A stretch of DNA of 43,606 nt from contig CAYSUS010000060.1 of NCBI GenBank assembly GCA_964434165.1, forward strand, positions 1-43,606, written 5' to 3'. The DNA comes from an uncultured Pirellulales bacterium. GTDB taxonomy: Bacteria; Planctomycetota; Planctomycetia; Pirellulales; Thermoguttaceae. How positions within the stretch are numbered: position 1 is the stretch's first letter; each line of letters begins with the position of its first letter. A model generated the notes under the pieces. It was given only the letters and a program-made list of their open reading frames with translations. It did no database searches and had not been told where the DNA came from. Below, piece after piece: positions 18,208-25,797 of the stretch. The position numbers and the translations under genes are program-made.

Positions 18208-19737
18208 ATGATTCAGGTAGCGTGCCCCAGTTGCGGGGCCCAGTTCCAGACCCAGGAGATGTACGGCGGGCAGATGACCCTCTGTCCTGCCTGCCGCCGC
18301 CCTTTGACCATTCCGAGCGTCGCCCAGGGCCCGCCCGCCGCGGCCCCCGCCTCGGACCCGGCGCCGGCCTGCGTCTCGGCCCCCGGCTCGCAGGGCCACG
18401 GCGGGGCGGCCATCGCGGCCTTCGTGTGCGGCCTGCTGGCGTTGATCTTCTCCTTTGTCGCCCTGGTTCCATGCGTGGGACTGCTGGTGATCCCCTTCGG
18501 CCTCCCCTTGGTGCTGGCCGCCGTGATCTGCGGGATCATCGGCCTGGCGACCGCCAAGAGCCAGAATCGCAAGAGGTCGCTCGCCGCCACGGGGCTGGTC
18601 CTGGGCGTGGTGGCTCTCCTGTGGGCGCCGATCCTGCTGGTGTTGATCATGGGCGGCCTGTTGGGCCTCAGCTCGGCGACGACGGCGTCGCTGCCTGGGG
18701 CCGACGCGCCGCGATCCCGAACCGCGACGGCGCGTGCGAGCGAAGCGCCCAGGCCCGGTTCGGACCGCAAGCGGCCCGAACCCACGCCCCGCACCGACTT
18801 CCCCAAGCCCGGCAGCGAAGCCCCGCGGCCCGCCACCGGCACGAAGCCTCCGACCTCCAAGGGGCCGGGCAGCGCCGAAACGTCCGACGGGAGCCCGATG
18901 GCCCGCGCGCTGGGCACGGCGCCTTCGCGATCCACGGCGCCCCGCACCTCATCCCGAGAGTATGACCGGGACGCGAGGATCGCGGACCTTTTGAAGCGCG
19001 AGCCGCCAAAGAAGCCCGAACCCGAACCGGAGCCCAAGCCCGAGCCCGTCGAGCGGCCCACGGTGGTGCGCACCGAGGCCGATCTGGACCGCGCCCTGGC
19101 CGCCCTGGAGAGCCAGCGGGTCCTGGACGTCAGGCTCACGAAGCAAGCCGTGGGCGACGACCGGCTTCAGAAGCTCCGCGACTGGGTCGCGCAGGGAGGA
19201 ATCCTCTGGACCGACACGGACCTGGTACGTACAGACTACGCGAGCCGCGACGATGGCTTCGGTTTCCTGATGATCTCGGCGCCGCGCGACCAGGTCAGCG
19301 GCGAGGTCTTCGTGCGCCGCGGGTCGCCCTCGCACCCGGTCGTTGAGGACCTCGGCGAGACGGTGGGCTACGAGCTCTCCGACTGCGAGCTTCTGATCAC
19401 GGTGCCGATCGATGCGCGGGGGCAGATCCCCGACGACATCGCGCCGCTGCTCGGATGGCCGCCCGAAAGGGGCCGCCGCGCCCTGCGCGTGGTGTCGGCC
19501 CTGCGAAGTTTCGGCCGCGGTCTGGTCGCGTACATGCCGCGACGGATCACCCCGCAGGACGCGGCCGAGACGTTCGCCGAGAATCTGCGCGAGTTCAGTT
19601 TTCGCGCGGCCGCGCGGGGGGAGAGGGGCCCGTCCGGTGTGCTTCAACCATCGCCGGGACGCCGCCGCCCCAACCCCATGGAGAGCGAGCGGCCCACGCG
19701 GTCGCCGCGACGTGCTCCCAGCCGGCGGTCGCGCTGA
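18208..19737 (+). CDS. Zn-ribbon + DUF4190 membrane protein (paralogue of 17610..18134) with a 330-aa cytoplasmic C-terminal extension of unknown function.
   Basis: MIQVACPSCGAQFQTQEMYGGQMTLCPACRRPLTIP, then a DUF4190-like TM hairpin (AIAAFVCGLLALIFSFVALVPCVG...). Followed by a low-complexity Pro/Ala/Ser/Arg segment, a (PE)n/KPEP linker (19021-19050) and a 200-aa globular-looking tail (WVAQGGILWTDTDL...). AAGGTGGA RBS. Confidence 0.7.
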   Translation: MIQVACPSCGAQFQTQEMYGGQMTLCPACRRPLTIPSVAQGPPAAAPASDPAPACVSAPGSQGHGGAAIAAFVCGLLALIFSFVALVPCVGLLVIPFGLPLVLAAVICGIIGLATAKSQNRKRSLAATGLVLGVVALLWAPILLVLIMGGLLGLSSATTASLPGADAPRSRTATARASEAPRPGSDRKRPEPTPRTDFPKPGSEAPRPATGTKPPTSKGPGSAETSDGSPMARALGTAPSRSTAPRTSSREYDRDARIADLLKREPPKKPEPEPEPKPEPVERPTVVRTEADLDRALAALESQRVLDVRLTKQAVGDDRLQKLRDWVAQGGILWTDTDLVRTDYASRDDGFGFLMISAPRDQVSGEVFVRRGSPSHPVVEDLGETVGYELSDCELLITVPIDARGQIPDDIAPLLGWPPERGRRALRVVSALRSFGRGLVAYMPRRITPQDAAETFAENLREFSFRAAARGERGPSGVLQPSPGRRRPNPMESERPTRSPRRAPSRRSR

Positions 19738-19743
19738 GAGCCG

Positions 19744-20244
19744 ATGCGGCGATTGCTCCCAGGAGACACCCCAAGGATTCCGCCTGCCAGTACGATGGAG
19801 CCCAGCCGCCCGGAACCCGTCCTTACGCCCGTCGCGTCTCTCGGCGCGACGACGGATCGCTGGTACGCCCTGACCAACCTGGCGATCGCGGTCTTCCTGG
19901 TTGTCCTGCTGGCCCTGGCGGCGATCGCGCGGATCGAGGGCGATGGGCTGGTGCTGTTCGGCCGCACGATGCCTGAAACGTGCTTCTGGCGGCTGGTGTT
20001 CCACCGGCCTTGCGCGGGCTGCGGCACCACGCGGAGCGTGGTGCTCGCTCTGCATGGCCGCTGGGGCGAGGCGCGGGCCATGCACCCGGCGGGGGTCTGG
20101 GTGCTCGGGTATCTCGTGTTTCAGTTGGCCGCCCGCCTGACGCTGTTGGCAGTGCGGCCCCGCGGGCCGACGGTTGCCGGGGTCGATCTCGCGCTCTCCG
20201 TGGGGCTTCTTCTTGGGGCGTGCTACATCCCGCTCTTCCTGTGA
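19744..20244 (+). CDS. DUF2752-family membrane protein. Possible alternative start at ATG 19795.
   Basis: TM helix (LTNLAIAVFLVVLLALAAIA) followed by CFWRLVFHRPCAGCGTTRS, the C..C-G-T-R signature of DUF2752 (PF10825). Two further TM helices. ATG 19744 is 7 nt after the stop of the preceding gene. Confidence 0.65.
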   Translation: MRRLLPGDTPRIPPASTMEPSRPEPVLTPVASLGATTDRWYALTNLAIAVFLVVLLALAAIARIEGDGLVLFGRTMPETCFWRLVFHRPCAGCGTTRSVVLALHGRWGEARAMHPAGVWVLGYLVFQLAARLTLLAVRPRGPTVAGVDLALSVGLLLGACYIPLFL

Positions 20245-20355
20245 CGGGGTCGAGAGCGTCCCGATTGGCGCCCGGGGCCTGGAGGACTAGGATGGCCTGT
20301 AGGTTGGGGCGGAGCGTGGGAACACCCTTCACCGGCTTCTCCGGAAACCGCGGCG

Positions 20356-20919
20356 ATGGAGACGACGCGCGCGAGCCTGCTGCTGCGTATCCGCGACTTG
20401 CAGGACAAGGCAAGCTGGGAGGAGTTCGTCGGCATCTACGGTCCGTTTCTCCTCCGCGTGCTGCGGCGTCATTCCGTTCCGGCCGACGACTCCATGGACA
20501 TGGTCCAGGAGACGTTCCAGGCCGTGGCCGCCAACATCGGCGAGTTCCAGTACGACGCGGGGCGTTCGTTCCGGAAGTACCTGGCCACGATTGCGCTGCG
20601 CAAGGCGTGGAACCTCCTGCGCGCGAAGCAGTGCCGGCCGGCGGCCCTGGGCGGGAGCGACCAGTACCAGGCCATCCAGCAGCTCCGCGGCGAGGTCGTG
20701 GACGAGGAATGGTACCGGCGGCGCCTGGAGATGGCCATCGAGCGTGCCCGCGCGCGGTTCGGCGAGCTCGAAGGGCAGGTCTTCGAGATGGCCGATCTGG
20801 AAGGGGTGCCCGACCGCCAGATCGCCGAGCGGCTCGGAATCGACGTCGGCTACGTCTATGTCTGCAAGTCGCGGGCACGCAAGAAGGTCCGCGTGGCGCT
20901 GGAGGAGGGCGATGAGTAG
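20356..20919 (+). CDS. ECF-type RNA polymerase sigma-70 family factor.
   Basis: 187 aa. Region-2-like (FVGIYGPFLLRVLRRH...DMVQETFQAV) and region-4 HTH (LEGVPDRQIAERLGIDVGYVYVCKSRARKKVR). Typical ECF size. Confidence 0.85.
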   Translation: METTRASLLLRIRDLQDKASWEEFVGIYGPFLLRVLRRHSVPADDSMDMVQETFQAVAANIGEFQYDAGRSFRKYLATIALRKAWNLLRAKQCRPAALGGSDQYQAIQQLRGEVVDEEWYRRRLEMAIERARARFGELEGQVFEMADLEGVPDRQIAERLGIDVGYVYVCKSRARKKVRVALEEGDE

Positions 20920-23509
20920 CGAGCCGCTCGGGGCCGCGGGCTGTCCCGCCACCGACACGCTGCGCCGCGTGGCGGCGGCCGAGGCCCCGCCCGGCGAGGA
21001 GTCGCAGGTCCGAGACCACCTGAACGGCTGCGCCGCGTGCCGGGAACGTTTCGAGAGGGCGCTGGGCACAACCGCCGAGTACTTCGCCCTGCCGGACGAG
21101 AACGTCGAGCTGACGGCCGAGGAGCTTCGCGAGCTCAGCTCGCGATGTCTGCCTTTAGGGGTGAACGCCCTGCAGCGGGAAGACGGTGTCGAGCTTGCCG
21201 ACGGCCTGGGTCTGCCGCCCCCGCGAGGGCGGCCCTTCCTGGCTCGGCTCGGGCCGTACGACGTGGTTTCCGTGCGGGGCAAGGGCGGGATGGGCCTAGT
21301 GCTTAAAGGTTACGACTCGGCTCTACAGCGTTACGTGGCCTTGAAGGTGATGCTTCCGTCCCTGGCCAGGGACGAGGCGGCGCGGTGCCGATTCCTTCGC
21401 GAAGCACGGACCGCGGCCGGCCTCCGCCACGCGAACGTGGTGGCCGTGCATGCGGTCCATCACGACGCCGACCCGCCGTATCTGGTGATGGAGTACGTGG
21501 CCGGGCGCTCGCTGGCCTCGTTGCTGGCGGCCGAGCCCCTGCCGACCCCGCAGCAGGCCGCGGAAGCGGTCCGCCAGGTGCTGCTTGCGCTGGAGCACGC
21601 GCACCAGCAGGGGGTGATCCATCGCGACGTCAAGCCGGCCAACGTGCTGGTGGAGGAAGGGAGCGGGGCCGTCAAGCTGGTGGATTTCGGGCTCGCCCGG
21701 GCCGTGGCCGAGGCCGCGCGCCTCACCGCCGAAGGCATGGCGATGGGCACCCCCTGGTACATGGCCCCGGAGCAGGCCCGGGGCAGCGAGCACCCCGACG
21801 GGCGCAGCGACCTGTTCTCGGTGGGCGTGCTGCTCTTTGAGATGCTCTCCGGGACCGTCCCCTTTCCCGGACGCGACCCCCACGAGGTGATGTTCCGCCT
21901 CGCGACGGAGGACGCCCCGGACGTGCGCGCGCGAAGCCCCGAGGTGCCCGAGGCGATGGCCGCGATCGTGCGCCGCGCCCTCCGGCGGGATCCGGCGGCG
22001 CGGTACGCATCGGCGTCGGCGTTTCTCGAGGCGTTGGACGCGTTCCTCGCCGCGCCGAACCGGCCGCAGGGCGCGGCCGTGGACGGGCCTCCGGCCGCGC
22101 CCGTCGCGGGGCCGCCCCCGGCGACGTCCTGCATGCGCGTGATCCTGGAAGTCGCGAAAGGGCCGCTTGCGGGGCGCTGTTTCGAGTTCGATCGTCACGA
22201 CACCCTCGTGGTCGGCCGTTCGAAACGGGCCCAGCTTCGGATCGCCGCCGACCCCTACTTCTCGCGGCACCACTTCATGATCGAGGTCAATCCGCCCCGC
22301 TGCTTCCTTCGCGATCTGGGGAGCACGAACGGCACCTTCGTCAACGGCCAGAAGCTCGGCCAGGCCCACCTCGGCGATGGCGACGTGGTTCACGGGGGGC
22401 GGACCGAGATCCGCGTGCGCGTCGCCGGCGCGACTCCGATCGGTCTCGCCGAGGGGCTGCGGTCTGCGCCCCCCACGGCCGGCCGCGTGCGCGCCGACAT
22501 GGACGCGGTGCCGTTGGGCACCTTCGCGCCCCGGCCCGACCCGACATTGCGCTGCCGGCAATGCGGCGCCCCCGCGCGGGAAGCCGCCGTCGCCGGGCTC
22601 GCGCAGACGGGCCTGGTCGCTTACGCGTGCCGCCGGTGCCACGAGAAACACTGCGACGCCGGTCATCCGGTGGTGGATTACGAGGTCGCGCGCGTGGCGG
22701 GACACGGCCCCCTCGGGCCGATCTGCGAGGCGCGGCGCGTCTCGACGGGCACCGCCGCGACCCTCCGCGTACTGCCGCCGCACATGACGTCCAGTCCCCA
22801 GGCGGTTGACATGTTCCTTCGGCAGATGCGCCTGGGGGCCCAGTTGCGCCACCCGAACATCGTCCCCGTTTTGGAAATGGGGCAGTCGGGCGATACGTTC
22901 TGGATCGCCACGGAGCACGTCGCCGGGATCGACGCCGGGCAGTTGGCCGGGCAGCCCGGCGGATCGCTCGCGCCCGGCGACGCCGTGCCGATCGCCATGC
23001 AAGTGCTCGAGGCTCTCGACTACGCGCACGGCCTGGGGCTCGTCCATCGCGACGTCAAGCCAACCAACGTGTTCGTCTCGGGCGGCCCCGGCGCGCGGCT
23101 TGCCCGGCTCGCCGACTTCGCCTTGATGCGGGCGATCGACGACGCCGGCCTGAGCGGGATCACGCGTGAGGGGGAGTGCCGGGGCACGGTCGCCTTCATG
23201 CCGCCGGAACAGGTGCTAAGGAGCCGCCAGGCCACGCCCGCCTGCGACGTGTACGGCGCGGGGGCGACGCTCTACTGGCTCCTCACGGGCCACCCGGCCT
23301 ACGACTTCGAGGCCCGAGACGCCCGTGGCGAGCCCAAAGACCCCTTCCTGGTCATCCTGGAGGACCCCGTCGTCCCGCTGCGCCGGCGCAATCCGGCCGT
23401 ACCGGCGGCCCTGGCCCAGGTCGTGGAGAAGGCCCTCGCGCGCGAGCCCGCCGATCGCTACCGCTCCGCCCGGGCGATGCAGCAGGCCCTGGCGGGGCTG
23501 GGCTATTGA
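20912..23509 (+). CDS. Multidomain signalling protein: ZAS-type anti-sigma N-terminus, active Hanks Ser/Thr kinase, FHA domain, Cys4 Zn-ribbon, and a second degenerate kinase-like domain (likely pseudokinase).
   Basis: ATG 20912 overlaps the sigma stop by 8 nt (GATGAGTAG). N-terminus carries H-x3-C-x2-C (DHLNGCAAC), the ZAS anti-sigma zinc motif. Kinase 1 is intact: GKGGMG, VALKVM, HRDVKPAN, DFGLAR, APE. FHA block VVGRS...HHFMIE...LRDLGSTNGTFVNGQKL. CRQCG...CRRCHEKHC ribbon. Kinase 2 keeps GHGPLG and HRDVKPTN but has ATLRVL (Arg in place of beta3 Lys) and DFA in place of DFG. Confidence 0.85.
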   Translation: MSSEPLGAAGCPATDTLRRVAAAEAPPGEESQVRDHLNGCAACRERFERALGTTAEYFALPDENVELTAEELRELSSRCLPLGVNALQREDGVELADGLGLPPPRGRPFLARLGPYDVVSVRGKGGMGLVLKGYDSALQRYVALKVMLPSLARDEAARCRFLREARTAAGLRHANVVAVHAVHHDADPPYLVMEYVAGRSLASLLAAEPLPTPQQAAEAVRQVLLALEHAHQQGVIHRDVKPANVLVEEGSGAVKLVDFGLARAVAEAARLTAEGMAMGTPWYMAPEQARGSEHPDGRSDLFSVGVLLFEMLSGTVPFPGRDPHEVMFRLATEDAPDVRARSPEVPEAMAAIVRRALRRDPAARYASASAFLEALDAFLAAPNRPQGAAVDGPPAAPVAGPPPATSCMRVILEVAKGPLAGRCFEFDRHDTLVVGRSKRAQLRIAADPYFSRHHFMIEVNPPRCFLRDLGSTNGTFVNGQKLGQAHLGDGDVVHGGRTEIRVRVAGATPIGLAEGLRSAPPTAGRVRADMDAVPLGTFAPRPDPTLRCRQCGAPAREAAVAGLAQTGLVAYACRRCHEKHCDAGHPVVDYEVARVAGHGPLGPICEARRVSTGTAATLRVLPPHMTSSPQAVDMFLRQMRLGAQLRHPNIVPVLEMGQSGDTFWIATEHVAGIDAGQLAGQPGGSLAPGDAVPIAMQVLEALDYAHGLGLVHRDVKPTNVFVSGGPGARLARLADFALMRAIDDAGLSGITREGECRGTVAFMPPEQVLRSRQATPACDVYGAGATLYWLLTGHPAYDFEARDARGEPKDPFLVILEDPVVPLRRRNPAVPAALAQVVEKALAREPADRYRSARAMQQALAGLGY

Positions 23510-23558
23510 CCCTCAGCACGCCCATGCGTTCAGGGCGTCCAGCGCGAGCCCGGCTTCC

Positions 23559-23578
23559 CGCGGCGAACCGTCGCCGCG
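23559..23578. terminator. Perfect 8-bp GC-rich hairpin (cgcggcga-accg-tcgccgcg) between convergent genes; candidate bidirectional intrinsic terminator.
   Basis: Read directly. Lies in the 125-nt gap between the stops of 20912..23509 (+) and 23635..25344 (-). No U-tract, which is common in high-GC genomes. Confidence 0.4.
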
Positions 23579-23634
23579 AGATGGCACGGTCCGTTCGACC
23601 GTCGACGAAGCCGGTCGTCGTGGAGGCCGGCCGA

Positions 23635-25344
23635 TCAGTCGGCCGCGCGCTCACGGTACACGATCTCGCCCGAGGTGTTGATGTACCTGGGCGACGCGGT
23701 CATGTTGCGCTGGTCCACGAGCGTCACGCGAGCAAGCCCCCGATGGAAGTCCTCGACCTCGACGAACTGAGGTTCGATGACCAGCTTCCCCTTGTTGTCG
23801 ATGTAGCCCCAGAGCTCTCCCCACCTGCGGGAGTCCTTCACGGCCACGGCCGCCCGGCCGTCGGAGAACCGGCGGGACTTGACGAACTCGACGGGAAGGA
23901 CGAGCTTGCCTTGAGGGTCGATATAGCCGGCGAACGGCTTCCCTTCACGACTGCCTCGAACGGCGGCCAGACCGCCGGAGAACTCCGAGGCCGAGTCGAA
24001 CTGGGCGGCGATCTTCAGTTGGCCCGACTTGTCCACGTACCCCCATTTCCGACTCCAGCCGCCTTCCTTGATCTCCACGGGGGCCAGCCCGTCGCCGAAG
24101 CGCCCCGCCGCGTTGAACTTCGGCTCGGTGATCTGCCGGCCCGACCGGTCCACGAACGTCCACAGCCCGTTGCCGTCCTGCGGCTGCACGGGCGCGAGCC
24201 CCTCGGAGAACTCCAGCGCCGCGCGATAGCGCGGGCCGAGCACGACCTTGCCGGAGGTGTTGATGTAGCCCCAGCCTCGCTTCGTTTCGGTGGCCAGATG
24301 GACCGCGGCCAGCCCTTCGGAGAATTGCCGGGCTCCTTCGAACTGCGGTGCGATCGCCGGGACGCCCGTCGCGTCGATGTAGCCCCACAGGTTGCGCGAC
24401 GAGCGGCCGCCGGGCGTCTTGTCCTCGACCTTCATGCGCACGGCGGCGAGCCCGTCGCAGAAGGGCCCCGCCTCGAGGAACGTCGGGGAGATGACCATCC
24501 GGCCGCTGCGATTGATGTATCCGTACTTGCCGCCGGAGAGTCTCGGCTTGCGATCGTGGACCTGGACCGGATAGTAGTCGCCGCCGCCGAACATCGCGGC
24601 AGGGTTGCGCACGTAGCCCCGCACCCTCGGCGAAAGCAGATACGCCGCCACGCAGATCAACAGCACCAGCAGCACCGCGCCCGCCCCACTCGTGGCGATG
24701 ACGATCTTGCGTTTCGTCTCCGGCGACATCGGGGGCCGCGAGGAGACGGGCTGGAGAATCGAAGGATCGAGCACCGCCGTCGTGGTGTCGGACGCCGGGC
24801 CCGGCGAGCCGGAAGGTGCCGGATTCAGCTTGACCGGGATCAGCACCACCGGACTCTCGTCCGACGACCCCTGCCACGTGGCGTCGCCGCCGAGCCGCGC
24901 CGTCTGGTCGGGCGGAGGACCGGAGCCGGGCGCTACGGGAATCAGCGGGACCGGATCATCGGCCTCGGGCGCGAGCTGCGGGCCGGGTGGCGACGCCGCC
25001 GCGCGGACCGATGGAGGCTCGGGCGACGAAGATGCGCCGGTCGCCTGGGGTTCGTGCCCCTGTCCCACCTGTTCCAGGCCCCACGGCTCGGCGCAGACCT
25101 TCAGCACGGCCTGGCACCCGTTGCAGCGGACACGCTTGCCGTGAAGCTGGCGGGTCAACCGCAGCCTCTTGCCGCACTCGGGGCACGGCAGGGTGACCGG
25201 TTTGCTGGGCTGCGCGTTCTGGGCGGCGGCTTTGGGCACCTCGATGCTCTCACCGCACTCGGGGCACCGCGCGGTCTTGCCCGCCATCTCCGCCGCAACG
25301 TGGATAACCTTTCCACACTTGGAGCAGGCCAAGCTGATTGTCAT
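23635..25344 (-). CDS. Membrane protein with two N-terminal Zn-ribbons, one TM helix and a C-terminal array of WG-containing repeats (KWGYID-type).
   Basis: Start at the internal ATG (cat 25342-25344) with GGAGG RBS. Two CxxC...CPxC ribbons (CSKCGK...CPECGE and CPECGK...CNGCQ). TM segment IVIATSGAGAVLLVLLICVAAYLL. At least 8 repeats of the form [KR]WGYI[DN].[ST]G..VI.P.F..A..FS[EDG]GLA.V. Confidence 0.7.
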   Translation of the reverse strand: MTISLACSKCGKVIHVAAEMAGKTARCPECGESIEVPKAAAQNAQPSKPVTLPCPECGKRLRLTRQLHGKRVRCNGCQAVLKVCAEPWGLEQVGQGHEPQATGASSSPEPPSVRAAASPPGPQLAPEADDPVPLIPVAPGSGPPPDQTARLGGDATWQGSSDESPVVLIPVKLNPAPSGSPGPASDTTTAVLDPSILQPVSSRPPMSPETKRKIVIATSGAGAVLLVLLICVAAYLLSPRVRGYVRNPAAMFGGGDYYPVQVHDRKPRLSGGKYGYINRSGRMVISPTFLEAGPFCDGLAAVRMKVEDKTPGGRSSRNLWGYIDATGVPAIAPQFEGARQFSEGLAAVHLATETKRGWGYINTSGKVVLGPRYRAALEFSEGLAPVQPQDGNGLWTFVDRSGRQITEPKFNAAGRFGDGLAPVEIKEGGWSRKWGYVDKSGQLKIAAQFDSASEFSGGLAAVRGSREGKPFAGYIDPQGKLVLPVEFVKSRRFSDGRAAVAVKDSRRWGELWGYIDNKGKLVIEPQFVEVEDFHRGLARVTLVDQRNMTASPRYINTSGEIVYRERAAD

Positions 25345-25423
25345 CGGATTCCTCCCCGTCGTCCCGGTCGCCGAGCCCCAACTCAGACCCACATAGGTCC
25401 TACCCCCGAACGGCAGCGACCTT

Positions 25424-25473
25424 ACATACCTGTCTCGGCGCGTTCCTCACATACCTGTCTCGGCGCGTTCCTC
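25424..25473. repeat. Perfect tandem duplication, 2 x 25 bp (acatacctgtctcggcgcgttcctc), in the 5' region of the WG-repeat gene. Followed by a 2 x 9 bp tandem (ctccgcccg, 25481-25498).
   Basis: Read directly from the sequence. Each unit contains GGAAC on the strand of the downstream (minus-strand) gene. Confidence 0.7.
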
Positions 25474-25797
25474 GACGCCGCTCCGCCCGCTCCGCCCGCG
25501 GGCGAGACGCGAAGGCGACTCTCCCGTTTCCACCCGGTTGTGGATCGCGTCGCTAGCCATCGTGACTACTCGACGCCCTGAAGTCAAGCGAACGCGTGAC
25601 CTTTCCGCGCAAGCCTGGGCTGATGGCGCTGGCGGGCCTGGTCGAAGCCGGCCTGGTCGCCCGCTGACCGGCGCTGGAGAGCTGAAGCCTTTGGGCGGCC
25701 CGTCAGGAATAGACGAACCGGCCTCCGACCACTCCGGTCGATTCCGAGCCGGGCTGAGCGGCCCGGCTCGAGGCCTCCTTCGGCGGAAGCCGGCACA

